From contig NC_091990.1 of NCBI RefSeq assembly GCF_044704955.1, forward strand, positions 5,828,001-5,892,000: 64,000 nucleotides of DNA, in the 5' to 3' direction. The notes under the pieces were generated by a model. That model was not told the origin of the DNA. It was given only the letters and a program-made list of their open reading frames with translations, and did no database searches. The position numbers and the translations under genes were made by a program. Below, piece by piece: positions 1 through 11,599 of this stretch. The stretch is from Pristiophorus japonicus. Its lineage: Eukaryota. Numbering within the stretch: the first letter of the stretch is position 1; every line of letters starts with the position of its first letter.

Positions 1-438
1 CTACATCTCCAGAATCCATTGCAGCCAGGAATGTTTAGGCCGCACTCCTGCCCATGTTTAAGCCAGATCACCATAAAAGCCACTATATCTTAATCCCATG
101 TGGCAAGTTGTGCTTGCAGCTGTCGGTCCTGTATTAACACTCACGAATTCCAATACCATGCTTTGCACTATTTCTCCCTCTGATTCCTGCTCTCTCTACA
201 CTATTCTTTATTCTGTTGCTGCATTTCCCTGCGAGCTTTCTCTGAACCTTGTTTCTGCTCTCTTCAGCTACTTCCTCCAGTTCCCCTCCCTCTGCCAAAT
301 GAGTTTAAACACTCCCCCTCATCATCATCATAGGCAGTCCCTCAAATCAAGGATGACTTGCTTCCACGTCAAACAGTTCACAGGTGTTTCAATGAAGGAC
401 CTAATATTCCGGATCCCGAACTACATCCTGAAGGGTGG

Positions 439-3310
439 AAACATAGAAACATAGAAAATAGGTGCAGGAGTAGGCCATTCGGCCCTTCTAGCCTGCACCG
501 CCATTCAATGAGTTCATGGCTGAACATGCAACTTCAGTACCCCATTCCTGCTTTCTCACCATACCTCTTGATTCCCCTAGTAGTAAGGACTTCATCTAAC
601 TCCTTTTTGAATATATTTAGTGAATTGGCCTCAACAACTTTCTGTGGTAGAGAATTCCACAGGTTCACCACTCTCTGGGTGAAGAAGTTTCTCCTCATCT
701 CGGTCCTAAATGGCTTACCCCTTATCCTTAGACTGTGTCCCCTGGTTCTGGACTTCCCCAACATTGGGAACATTCTTCCTGCATCTAACCTGTCGAACCC
801 CGTCAGAATTTTAAACGTTTCTATGAGGTCCCCTCTCATTCTTCTGAACTCCAGTGAATACAAGCCCAGTTGATCCAGTCTTTCTTGATAGGTCAGTCCC
901 GCCATCCCGGGAATCAGTCTGGTGAACCTTCGCTGCACTCCCTCAATAGCAAGAATGTCCTTCCTCAGGTTAGGAGACCAAAACTGTACACAATACTCCA
1001 GGTGTGGCCTCACCAAGGCCCTGTACAATTGTAGCAACACCTCCCTGCCCTTGTACTCAAATCCCCTCGCTATGAAGGCCAACATGCCATTTGCTTTCTT
1101 AACCGCCTGCTGTACCTGCATGCCAACCTTCAATGACTGATGTACCATGACACCCAGGTCTCGTTGCACCTCTCCTTTTCTTAATCTGTCACCATTCAGA
1201 TAATAGTCTGTCTCTCTGTTTTTACCACCAAAGTGGATAACCTCACATTTATCCACATTATACTTCATCTGCCATGCATTTGCCCACTCACCTAACCTAT
1301 CCAAGTCGCTCTGCAGCCTCATAGAATCCTCCTTGCAGCTCACACTGCCACCCAACTTAGTGTCATCCGCAAATTTGGAGATACTACATTTAATCCCCTC
1401 GTCTAAATCATTAATGTACAGTGTAAACAGCTGGGGCCCCAGCACAGAACCTTGCGGTACCCCACTAGTCACTGCCTGCCATTCTGAAAAGTCCCCATTT
1501 ACTCCTACTCTTTGCTTCCTGTCTGACAACCAGTTCTCAATCCATGTCAGCACACTACCCCCAATCCCATGTGCTTTAACTTTGCACATTAATCTCTTGT
1601 GTGGGACCTTGTCGAAAGCCTTCTGAAAGTCCAAATATACCACATCGACTGGTTCTCCCTTGTCCACTCTACTGGAAACATCCTCAAAAAATTCCAGAAG
1701 ATTTGTCAAGCATGATTTCCCTTTCACAAATCCATGCTGACTTGGACCTATCATATTACCTCTTTCCAAATGCACTGCGATGACATCCTTAATAATTGAT
1801 TCCATCATTTTACCCACTACCGATGTCAGGCTGACCGGTCTGTAATTCCCTGTTTTCTCTCTCCCTCCTTTTTTAAAAAGTGGGGTTACATTGGCTACCT
1901 TCCACTCCATAGGAACTGATCCAGAGTCAATGGAATGTTGGAAAATGACTGTCAATGCATCCACTATTTCCAAGGCCACCTCCTTAAGTACTCTGGGATG
2001 CAGTCCATCAGGCCCTGGGGATTTATCGGCCTTCAATCCCATCAATTTCCCCAACACAATTTCCAGACTAATAAGGATTTCCCTCAGTTCCTCCTCCTTA
2101 CTAGACCCTCCGACCCCTTTTATATCCGGAAGGTTGTTTGTGTCCTCCTCAGTGAATACCGAACCAAAGTACTTGTTCAATTGGTCCGCCATTTCTTTGT
2201 TCCCCGTTATGACTTCCCCTGATTCTGACTGCAGGGGACCTACGTTTGTCTTTACTAACCTTTTTCTCTTTACATATCTATAGAAACTTTTGCAATCCGT
2301 CTTAATGTTCCCTGCAAGCTTCTTCTCGTACTCCATTTTCCCTGCCCTAATCAAACCCTTTGTCCTCCTCTGCTGAGTTCTAAATTTCTCCCAGTCCCCG
2401 GGTTCGCTGCTATTTCTGGCCAGTTTGTATGCCACTTCCTTGGCTTTAATGCTATCCCTGATTTCCCTTGATAGCCACGGTTGAGCCACCTTCCCTTTTT
2501 TATTTTTACGACAGACAGGAATGTACAATTGTTGTAGTTCATCCATGCGGTCTCTAAATGTCTGCCATTGCCCATCCACAGTCAACCCCTTCAGTATCAT
2601 TCGCCAATCTATCCTAGCCAATTCACGCCTCATACCTTCAAAGTTACCCTTCTTTAAGTTCTGGACCATGGTCTCTGAATTAACTGTTTCATTCTCCATC
2701 CTAATGCAGAATTCCACCATATTATGGTCACTCTTCCCCAAGGGGCCTCGCACAACGAGATTGCTAATTAATCCTCTCTCATTACACAACACCCAGTCTA
2801 AGATGGCCTCCCCCCTAGTTGGTTCCTCGACATATTGGTCTAAAAAACCATCCCTTATGCACTCCAGGAAATCCTCCTCTACCGTATTGCTTCCAGTTTG
2901 GTTAACCCAATCTATGTGCATATTAAAGTCACCCATTTTAACTGCTGCACCTTTATTGCACGCACCCCTAATTTCATGTTTGATGCCCTCCCCAACATCA
3001 CTACTACTGTTTGGAGGTCTGTACACAACTCCCACTAACGTTTTTTGTCCTTTGGTGTTCTGCAGCTCTACCCATATAGATTCCACATCATCCAAGCTAA
3101 TGTCCTTCCGAACTATTGCCTTAATTTGCTCCTTAACCAGCAATGCTACCCCACCTCCTTTTCCTTTTATTCTATCTTTCCTGAATGTTGAATACCCCTG
3201 GATGTTGAGTTCCCAGCCCTGATCATCCTGGAGCCACGTCTCCGTAATCCCAATCACATCATATTTGTTAACATCTATTTGCACAGTTAATTCATCCACT
3301 TTATTGCGGA
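439..3310 (-). mobile_element. CR1 LINE, 5'-truncated at the start of ORF2
   Basis: (TTTCTATG)n tail, 3' hairpin and open ORF2. Confidence 0.97.
534..3299 (-). CDS. CR1 ORF2 (APE endonuclease + reverse transcriptase), 921 aa, uninterrupted, missing only the first few residues
   Basis: ITETWL, GDFN and SDHN endonuclease motifs; GVPQGSVLGP and KFADD RT motifs; C-terminal RTRGHSL...FFTQRVVNLWNSLP. Confidence 0.95.
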   Translation of the reverse strand: MDELTVQIDVNKYDVIGITETWLQDDQGWELNIQGYSTFRKDRIKGKGGGVALLVKEQIKAIVRKDISLDDVESIWVELQNTKGQKTLVGVVYRPPNSSSDVGEGIKHEIRGACNKGAAVKMGDFNMHIDWVNQTGSNTVEEDFLECIRDGFLDQYVEEPTRGEAILDWVLCNERGLISNLVVRGPLGKSDHNMVEFCIRMENETVNSETMVQNLKKGNFEGMRRELARIDWRMILKGLTVDGQWQTFRDRMDELQQLYIPVCRKNKKGKVAQPWLSREIRDSIKAKEVAYKLARNSSEPGDWEKFRTQQRRTKGLIRAGKMEYEKKLAGNIKTDCKSFYRYVKRKRLVKTNVGPLQSESGEVITGNKEMADQLNKYFGSVFTEEDTNNLPDIKGVGGSSKEEELREILISLEIVLGKLMGLKADKSPGPDGLHPRVLKEVALEIVDALTVIFQHSIDSGSVPMEWKVANVTPLFKKGGREKTGNYRPVSLTSVVGKMMESIIKDVIAVHLERGNMIGPSQHGFVKGKSCLTNLLEFFEDVSSRVDKGEPVDVVYLDFQKAFDKVPHKRLMCKVKAHGIGGSVLTWIENWLSDRKQRVGVNGDFSEWQAVTSGVPQGSVLGPQLFTLYINDLDEGIKCSISKFADDTKLGGSVSCKEDSMRLQSDLDRLGEWANAWQMKYNVDKCEVIHFGGKNRETDYYLNGDRLRKGEVQRDLGVMVHQSLKVGMQVQQAVKKANGMLAFIARGFEYKGREVLLQLYRALVRPHLEYCVQFWSPNLRKDILAIEGVQRRFTRLIPGMAGLTYQERLDQLGLYSLEFRRMRGDLIETFKILTGFDRLDAGRMFPMLGKSRTRGHSLRIRGKPFRTEMRRNFFTQRVVNLWNSLPQKVVEANSLNIFKKELDEVLTTRGIKRYGEKAGMGY

Positions 3311-4380
3311 AGATGCCTGTGTGTGGATTTTTTTAACGTGGGGTGGCCGTTGCACACCAGCCACCACACGGGCTTGACAGAGCGAGGTCTTGAACCAGTG
3401 GCAAGGGTTAACCAGGACGACTGGAGACCTGCTCTGCTGCACAGACCTAGTGCGCTCACATATCGCAGTGTGGGCTGGGCCCTCGCCTCTCCTGGGCCCC
3501 AAACTCGCACCTCTCCTGGGCCCCGATCACGTCGCTCTGCAATCTCTCGCCGCTCCTTCGCCCCGACCTCGCTGCTCCTGCTGTACCTGCCCGCGTTCCA
3601 ATCACCCTCCCCCACAGCACTAGGTACCCTCCCCACGAGAACATTGGTCCCAGCCCTGCTCAGGTGGAAATCCCCTGACTCGTGCAGGTCCTGCCGGCTC
3701 CACAATTGATTTAGCAACGTGTCTAATCCAGCTTTTTGGCATCGATAGAAGCAACAATTGTCCTTTCTACTTGAGAAAGCAGAGAGCAGCAGTGCTGCTG
3801 TTCATTTCTGATGTGTCAATATCACAAGCTTGTGACGATGCGTCGCAATATAATGGATGCCATATTATCATTAGGGACATTGCATTTCAGTGTTTAGCAA
3901 ACGCAGCAGAAAGGTATATAAATGCTTTTCCATATTGAGTGTCTGTCATTAACTAAAAGACTGCACTCATCACCAGCCCTCCCAGCTGTTGTCTGTCTCA
4001 GTGGAAGTGGTGATTGTGCCGTAATAGGATCGTGAAAAATAACACTTGTGATGATGTAACAACCGATTGTGGAACTCACTCCCACAAGGCACAGTTGAGG
4101 CGAATAGCTTCGATGCATTTAAGGGGGAGCTGGAAAAAGACTGGAAGCGAAAGGGAAACTGGGCACACGGCTATTTCAATGGCCAATGACGAGAGCAAAC
4201 ACGCTAGGAGTGGGTCTGCTTTTATATCAAAGAAAGGTTACCCGATATCATTCACTGCCTGCCTGTGGTTTTCAGTTCATTGCTTTGCTACACCTAGACT
4301 GTGTGAAGTGTATCAAACAGTTCCTTGCCAGGTTAGTCTCCCAGAAAATGCCAGGGATTCAGTCAAAAGCTACTGTAAAA

Positions 4381-5442
4381 AGAAAGACTTGTATTAATAT
4401 AGCACCTTTCACAACCACCGGACGTCTCAAAGCGCTTTACAGCCAATGAAGTACTTTTTGGAGTGTAGTCACTGTTGTAATGTGGGAAACGCAGCAGCCA
4501 ATTTGTGCACAGCAAGCTCCCGCAAACAGCAATGTGATAATGACCCAGATAATCTCTTTTTTGTTATGTTGATTGAAGGATAAATATTAGCCATGACACC
4601 GGGGATAACTCCCCTGCTCTTCTGCGAAATAGTGCCATGGGATCTTTTACGTCCACCTGAGAGAGCAAACAGGACTTCGGTTTAACGTCTCATCCGAAAG
4701 ACGGCCCCTCAGACAGTGCAGCACTCCCTCAGTACTGCCCCTCCAACAGTACAGCACTCCCTCAGCACTGCCCCTCCGACAGTGCAGCATTCCCTCAGTA
4801 CTGCCCCTCCGACAGTGCAGCATTCCCTCAGTACTGCCCCTCCGACAGTGCAGCATTCCCTCAGTACTGCCCCTCCGACAGTGCAGCACTCCCTCAGTAC
4901 TGCCTCTCCGACAGTGCAGCACTCCCTCAGTACTGCCTCGCCGACAGTACAGCACTCCCTCAGTACTGCCCCTCCGACAGTGCAGCACTCCCTCAGTACT
5001 GCCTCTCCAACAGTACAGCACTCCCTCAGCACTGCCCCTCAGACAGTGCAGCACTCCCTCAGTACTGCCTCTCCGACAGTACAGCACTCCCTCAGCACTG
5101 CCCCTCAGACAGTGCAGCACTCTCTCAGTACTGTCCCTCCGACAGTGCAGCACTCCCTCAGTACTGCCCCTCCGACAGTACATCACTCCCTCAGCACTGC
5201 CCCTCCAACAGTACATCACTCCCTCAGCACTGCCCCTCCGACAGCGCAGCGCTCCCTCAGTACTGCCCCTCCGACAGTGCAGCATTCCCTCAGTACTGCC
5301 CCTCCAACAGTGCTGCGCTCCCTCAGTACTGTCCCTCCGACAGTGCTGCGCTCCTTCAGTACTGCCCCCTCCGACAGTGCAGTGCTCCCTCAGCACTGCA
5401 CTGGGAGTGTCAGCTTAGATTTTTTGTGCTCAAGTCTCTGGA
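4381..5442 (-). mobile_element. Deu-type SINE with L2-like tail, head truncated, with an internal tandem array
   Basis: Same body as 10071-10542; tail GCTATAT..ATACAAGTCTTT. Confidence 0.9.
4709..5400. repeat. 33-bp tandem repeat, about 21 units (CAGTGCAGCACTCCCTCAGTACTGCCCCTCCGA)
   Basis: Direct reading; 11-aa periodic ORFs in several frames. Confidence 0.97.
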
Positions 5443-6354
5443 ACTATAACGATTTTGGACTTTTTTTTAATCTTTTGTTTTGAAAAATGTTGTCTATTGT
5501 CCAAGTTAAACATTTGCTGTGTCTTTCTGCATCTGTGTAACACCTTATTTGTAGATAAATGCGTCTGTTATTTTTAGCATGAGCATAATTTTTTATTTCA
5601 TTATTCATTCATGGCCCATCTCTTGAGAAGGTGGTGGTGAGCCGCCCTCTTGAATCGCTGCAGTCCGTGTGCCGGACTGACAGTCTGACGTTTGCCACTT
5701 CTCAGGGTCACAGAGAGTGTGACGTGCCTTCTGCACGGTCTCAATTGTGATGGACCATATTTCACGGGCAGTGGGACCGTAAGCCTCTCCGGGCAAGCAC
5801 AAGGCCGCTGGTTTCAGGTAAAAGGAAATGCGGTTTGTTTGGGGAAACTGTCCTTTTGTTGCGAACACAAATGAAATGTGTTGGGAGAAAGTTTGAGCCG
5901 CAACAACTGGCATCACACAACATCGACACCTCCACATCTGTGAGGTTGCATTTCCACCGGACGCAGCTCTCGCCCGCGGTGCCTCAGTGAGGAAATGCTT
6001 ACAGAGCACAGGAAGATCCCAGGTTCCTGCTCCGAGTCGGTGCTGCACGAACTGGTCTCAGTCAGGGTGGGAACATGGGCACTTCAATTGAATTCAGTGT
6101 CCCTGGGGCAGGGAGAGGCAAACAAAGAGCCAACCAGCCAGTCTGCTTCCCCTGGTTGCTATCCAATGAGCTCTGCTGGTAACTACAAGTAGGGTCAGGA
6201 CCCGATTCTACAGTGGCGCTACCCTCTGCTGACACTCGCGCTCCGATTTTGACTGCACACCCGCCCGGGGGACACTGGGAGCGAGGGGTCAGGGGTCAAG
6301 CAAATTAACGTCAGTCAGTTACCCGTCTCTCCTGCTTCCTTCCTCGGTTCACTC

Positions 6355-7757
6355 GACTGATCCCTGAGATGAGAGGGTTGTCCTATGAAGAGAGATTGAT
6401 TAGAATGGGCCTATGGCTCTATGGCCTATGTCAGCCGTGGCTCAGTGGGTAGCACTGAGTCAGAAGGTCGTGGGTTCAAGTCCCACACCAGGAATTTGAG
6501 CACATAAAATCTAGGCTGAGACTCCAGTGCAGTACTTGAGGGAGTGCCGCACTGTCGGAGGGGCAGTACTGAGGGAGCGCTGCACTGTCGGAGGGGCAGT
6601 ACTTGAGGGAGTGCCGCACTGTCGGAGAGGCAGTACTAAGGAAGTGCCGCACTGTCGGAGGGGCAGTACTGAGGGAGCGCTGCACTGTCAGAGAGGTAGT
6701 ACTGAGGGAGTGCCACACTGTCGGAGGGGCAGTACTGAGGGAGCGCTGCACTGTCAGAGAGGCAGTACTGAGGGAGTGCCGCACTGTCGGAGGGGCAGTA
6801 CTAAGGAAGTGCCGCACTGTCGGAAGGGCAGTACTGAGGGAGTGCTGCACTGTCGGAGAGGCAGTACTGAGGGAGTGCCACATTGTCGGAGGGGCAGTAC
6901 TGAGGGAGTGCCGCACTGTCAGAGAGGCAGTACTAAGGGAGTGCCGCACTGTCGGAGGGGCAGAACTGAGGGAGTGCCGCACTGTCGGAGGGGCAATACT
7001 GAGGGAGCGCCGCACTGTCGGAGGTGGCATCTTTCAGATGAGACGTTAAACTGAGGCCCCATCTGCTCTCTCAGGTGGACATAAAAGATCCCATGGCACT
7101 ATTTCGAAGAAGAGCAGGGGAGTGAACCCAGGTGTCGTGACCAAAATTTATCCCTCAATCAACATAACAAAAAACAGATTATCTGGTCATTATCACATTG
7201 CTGGTTGTGGGAGCTTGCTGTGCACAAATTAGCTGTCGTGTTTCCCACATTACAACAGTGACTGCACTCCAAAAGTACTTCATTGGTTGTAAAGTGCTTT
7301 GAGACGTCCGGTGATCATGAAAGGTGCTATATAAATGCAAGTCTTTCTTTCTTTCTATACTCTCTGGAGTTTAGAAGAATGAGAGATGATCTTATTGAAA
7401 CCTGTAAGATTCTGAGGGGGATTGACAGGGTAGATGCGGAGAGGTTGTTTCCCCCCGGGCTGGGGAGTCTAGAACCAGGGGTCACAGTCTCAGGGTAAGG
7501 GGTCGGCCATTTAAGACTGAGATGAGGAGGAATTTCTTCTCTCAGAGGGTGGTGAATCTTTGGAATTCTCTGCCCCAGAGGGCTGTGGATGCTGAGTCTC
7601 TGAATATATTCAAGGCTGAGATCGATAGATTTTTGGAATCAAGGGATATGGGCATCGGGCGGGAAAGTGGAGTTGAGGTCGATGATCAGCCGTGGTCTCA
7701 TTGAATGGCGGAGCCGGCTCGAGGGGCCGTGAGACCGACTCCTGCTCCCAATTCCTC
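6355..7757 (+). mobile_element. CR1 3' fragment interrupted by a SINE
   Basis: LSYEERL..GL at 6375-6415 resumes as YSLEFRRMR at 7355. Confidence 0.85.
6430..7352 (+). mobile_element. tRNA-headed Deu-type SINE with about 15 x 33-bp units (6526-7025)
   Basis: A box TGGCTCAGTGG, B box GGTTCAAGTCC, tail GCTATATAAATGCAAGTCTTTCTTT. Confidence 0.92.
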
Positions 7758-8395
7758 TGCTGTTAGGTTCCTGCCGTGACCCGATATTAACATTCTCTTT
7801 TTGGCCGGCTGTCGGACGGGAGGTCACAGCAGATTATTTAAAAGATTGACAGGGCCTGTGTGTGCACCCTCTCCGCCTCACCAGCAATATCGGGGCCGCA
7901 CTGACTACCTTCACACATAACCACGAGTGTGAGGTATTACAGAGCTGCTGGGACCTGTGGAACCATACCTTCAAAGCATCGGGCCACCATCCTCAGGAGC
8001 GGAAGCGAAGAGGATTCGATTGGCTGTGAGAGTGAATATATTTAAACAAGGCTGTGATCTGGTACTTTCAAGAATCCAGATATGGTACGAAAATGTAACA
8101 CATTTGTTACTGGTCTCGTAGTTCACAAAAAACAAATGGAATGATCAACCACAGCAAGCAAAACATCTGCCAACTGCCAATATAACATGGCACGCTCATT
8201 GAGGGCTGCAGGAACATAAACAGAAGCTTGAATTGTGCCAGAAATATAGATGAGAGCAGCCATTGCCTTTAATTCCATTGGCAAACCTGTATTCATTTCA
8301 GAATCTGTATATAAATTAACATAAGACATATCACAAAACATTGGCTTTGGCAACTGGAATCACTGGAGACTTTAGTTGCTTGTCCAACTAGAAAT

Positions 8396-8930
8396 CATCA
8401 TCATCATCATCACAGACAATCCCTCGAAATCGTGAGTCCTCGGGTGACTGAACAGTCCAATACGGGAATTACAGTCTCTGTCACAGGTGGGACAGACAGT
8501 GGTTGGAGGAAGGGGTGGGTGGGGAGTCTGGTTTGCCGCACGCTCCTTCCGCTGTCTGCGCTTGGTTTCTGCATGCTCTCGGCGATGAGACTCGAGGTAC
8601 TCAGCGCCCTCCCGGATGCTCTTCCTCCACTTAGGGCGGTTTTTTGGCCAGGGACTCCCAGGTGTAGGTGGGAATGCATTTTAACAAGGAGGCTTTGAGG
8701 GTGTCCTTGAAACGTTTCCTCTGCCCACCTGGGGCTCGCCTGCCGTGTAGGAGTTCCGAGTAGAGCGCTTGCTTTGGGAGTCTCGTGTCGGGCATGCAGA
8801 CAATGTGGCCCACCCAACGATGTCTCCGCAAGATCCTGCAAATCCCTTGGGAGGACAGACGCACCAACTTTAGCGTCCTCGATCGAGCCAACATCCCCAG
8901 CATTGAAGCACTGACCACACTCGACCAACT
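8396..8930 (-). mobile_element. RTE LINE 3' fragment with an inverted 5' segment and 12-bp TSD
   Basis: Minus part WVGHIVCMPDTRLPKQ... to the (TGA)n tail; plus part QRCLRKILQIPWEDRRTN...DQL; CCAACTAGAAAT at 8384 and 8925. Confidence 0.9.
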
Positions 8931-9126
8931 AGAAATATATAATTGGTGCCTCTGCACCCTGACAGAAAGACGCCGCCTCTTCTGCATATATGCCAGTGTA
9001 CTCAACATGTCATTGGTCCTGCAGTAAAACTTTGCTCATTTTCCTCTGTAGTTACACGTACCAATATTCTCATTTAACCAATGTGACAGTCCATAGTCAA
9101 GGATTCTTCTCTGGGTGGGTTCCAAC

Positions 9127-9275
9127 GCTGTGGCTCAGTGGGCAGCACACTGGCCTCAGAGTCAGAAGGTTGTGGGTTCAAGTCCAACTCAAGGCACTTG
9201 AGAACACAAATCTAGGCTGACACTCCAATGCTGAAGGAGTGTTGTCCTTCAAATGAGATGTTAAACCAAGGCCCC
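9127..9275 (+). mobile_element. SINE 5' fragment (tRNA-like head)
   Basis: A and B boxes; similar to the element at 6430. Confidence 0.75.
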
Positions 9276-9331
9276 TAGTAATTAGTGCTTAGAATTGTTA
9301 TATTAAGCAGGGGTTAGATGAAAAAATTAAG

Positions 9332-9623
9332 TATTATGTCTGTAGTGTACCTATGAATGACTCCATGAGGCAATGTGTTGTACTCAAACTGTAGTGACCT
9401 TGGTCCTTTACTCGTAACTCCAGAGTGAGGCAGCCGCATGGTGGCTCCCCTTTTATACAGCCCCTGCCACCAGGGCAGGAAACCCCGGTCTCCACCAGTT
9501 GCACCCTCTAGTGGTGCCAGCATAGTATATACACAGTGTAAACCTTATTGATAGTACATCAGGTAAACAAGTCTCCATCTTATGCAACTACACAGAGTAT
9601 ATCTATAGTTTGCATATATAACA
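9332..9623 (-). mobile_element. Solo LTR related to the LTRs at 23013 and 24971
   Basis: Shared blocks GTATAAAAGG, CTCACTCTGGAGTTAC, GGAGTCATTCATA; TGTTATAT start. Confidence 0.8.
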
Positions 9624-10070
9624 AAAATAACAAAAATAGGTGGGAAAGACAATGGGGAAGGGAAAAAGTGGAAAACTAAAAAGATTTTATGGCAAAATTC
9701 TAAACACGTTCAACAGACATGCTTACCCTTTGACTATGTACAGGAAGTCTCTGAGCAGAAGTAAAGTGTACCTTTTTTCCCCATTAAATTAGTGCATTAA
9801 CTGTTTAATTTAGAGGTGTACAATTAACTCAACTGTAATAAAGCTGTCTCTGATAGAGAAACACGGTCCACATTTGTCTCTGTGACACTTTGCACATGTT
9901 GAAAACTGAAAAACAACCGGTCCCAGAAGACTGGACGTTCCCCAGATCTGCCCACCCTCGAAGAGTTAAAATCTGAATTCCTTGCTGATTGACAACTACC
10001 TTAAAGTCAAGTGGAATTATCTGTTCACTATTCCAGGAAATCCTGTGACCCATTTCACCCATGGGTGAGG

Positions 10071-10542
10071 TGTCAGCTGTGGCTCAGTGGGTAGCACCCT
10101 CGCTTCTGAGTCAGAAGGTTATGTGTTCAAATCCCACTCCAGGGACTTGAGTACCGAAATCTAGACTAACACTCCCAGTGCAACACTCAGGGAATGCCAC
10201 ACTTTCAGAAGTGCTGTCTTTTGGATGAGACGTTAGACCGAGGCTCCGTCTGCTCTCTCTTAGGCAGACGTAAAAGATCCCATGGCACTATTTCGAAGAA
10301 GAACAGGGGAGTTATCCCCAGAGTCCTGGGGACAATATTTATCCCTCAATCAACATCACTAAAACAGATTATCGGGTCATTATCATATTGCTGTGTGTGG
10401 GAGCTTGCTGTGCGCAAATTGGCTGCTGCGTTTCCCACATTACAACAGTGACTACACTCCGAAAGTACTTCATTGCCTGTGAAGTGCTTTGAGGCATCCG
10501 GTAGTCGTGAAAGGCGCTATATAAATGCAAGCCTTTCCTTTG
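10071..10542 (+). mobile_element. Full Deu-type SINE without array expansion
   Basis: tRNA head, single hairpin unit, L2-like tail. Confidence 0.9.
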
Positions 10543-10734
10543 GCAAATTGAGGAAGATTCCTTTCCTGTTGGCTGTGCCTTTCACAATTCCTCTTCAACT
10601 TGGAATTATCCTGCCTCCAGCTCACTACATTGCCTGGCTATTTTTTTGTAAGGAGTTTTATATCTCCCGCAGCCTCCTTATAATTATCGTGTGTAATAGT
10701 CTGGTGGCAGTGTATGGTTGCCGAAAGCAGTTAA

Positions 10735-11215
10735 CGAATACCCACTGTAAGTTGCACCACAGCAACTCGCCAAGGCTTCTTCGGCAGCACCTCCCAAACC
10801 TGTGACCTCTACCACCTTCAACACTCACTCCCTCCACCACCGGCGCACCGTGGCTGCAGTGTGTACCATCTACAAGATGCACTGCAGCAACGCGCCAAGG
10901 CTTCTTCGGCAGCACCTCCCAAACCCGCGACCTCTACCACCTAGAAGGACAAGGGCAGCAGGCGCATGGGAACACCACCACCTCCACGTTCCCCTCCCAG
11001 TCACACACCATCCTGACTTGGAAATACATTGGCCGTTCCTTCATCGTCGCTGGGTCAAAATCCTGGAACTCCCTCCCTAACAGCACTGTGGGAGTACCTT
11101 CACCACACGGACTGCAGCGGTTCAAGAAGGCGGCTCACCACCACCTTCTCAAGGGGCAATTAGGGATGGGCAATAAATGCCAGCCTTGGCAGCGATGCCC
11201 ACATCTCAGTACAAA
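10735..11215 (+). mobile_element. CR1-group LINE 3' end (second family), with a short duplication at its 5' edge
   Basis: HSLHHRRTVAAVCTIYKMHC...KSWNSLP; tail GGGCAATAAATGCCAGCC. Confidence 0.85.
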
Positions 11216-11599
11216 TAAATAAATAATAAACACATCACATTACAAAATAAAGTAAAACACATCTCTTGCCTAACTGAGCATTCCAGGCATATTTTCTTCA
11301 GATATACAAGACTCTGTTGTGCTTGTGGTGGTAATAAATCTTGGGTCTTTCATACTCATGAAAGAACTCACTGTTCTTCAGTTGTGACTGGTGGAGTTGT
11401 TCGTGATTTAATAGGTGCTTTGATGTTTTCTATCTGATAAAGATCTATTAGATACCAAATTTGTCACAGGGGTGTTACCGTCGAATGTCAACTTCCTTTC
11501 TCCTCCGATTCACAACAACATGTTTCGAGTAAACACGGGACTTCACAGTGGAGTATGTGGAACAGGCTTTATTGATTCACAGTAAAAGTGACTGGCCTT

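Larger units (their letters stand above)
320..3604 (-). mobile_element. Non-autonomous RTE-tailed element, split into 320-438 and 3311-3604 by a CR1 insertion
   Basis: RTE 3' end GACTGCCTA(TGA)n; joining the two halves reproduces the uninterrupted copy at 60225-60650 (GGGTGGAA|GATGCCTGTG). Confidence 0.85.
200..3700 (-). mobile_element. Old CR1 remnant (end of ORF1 esterase plus inter-ORF region), in two pieces ~200-320 and ~3605-3700 split by younger insertions
   Basis: 3605-3700 translates on minus to DFHLSRAGTNVLVGRVPSAVGEG, like the CR1 ORF1 SGNH C-terminus; it continues at ~320 as GGGGAGTGTTTAAACTCATTTGGCAG. Confidence 0.55.

Noticed and set aside
4709-5400. 33-bp arrays as CRISPR arrays (also 6526, 26383, 57860)
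   Set aside because: Head-to-tail repeats with no unique spacers, located inside SINEs, no cas genes, eukaryotic context.
4647-5483. Long 11-aa-repeat ORFs as proteins
   Set aside because: Open in several frames and on both strands simply because the 33-bp unit lacks stops.
5985-6215. Possible ancient SINE remnants (also ~7780-8020, ~20880-21025)
   Set aside because: Too degenerate to assign from sequence alone.
6430-6500. tRNA genes at A/B-box sequences (also 9127, 10071, 18088, 44308, 58391)
   Set aside because: They are SINE heads continuing into SINE bodies; no complete cloverleaf is visible.
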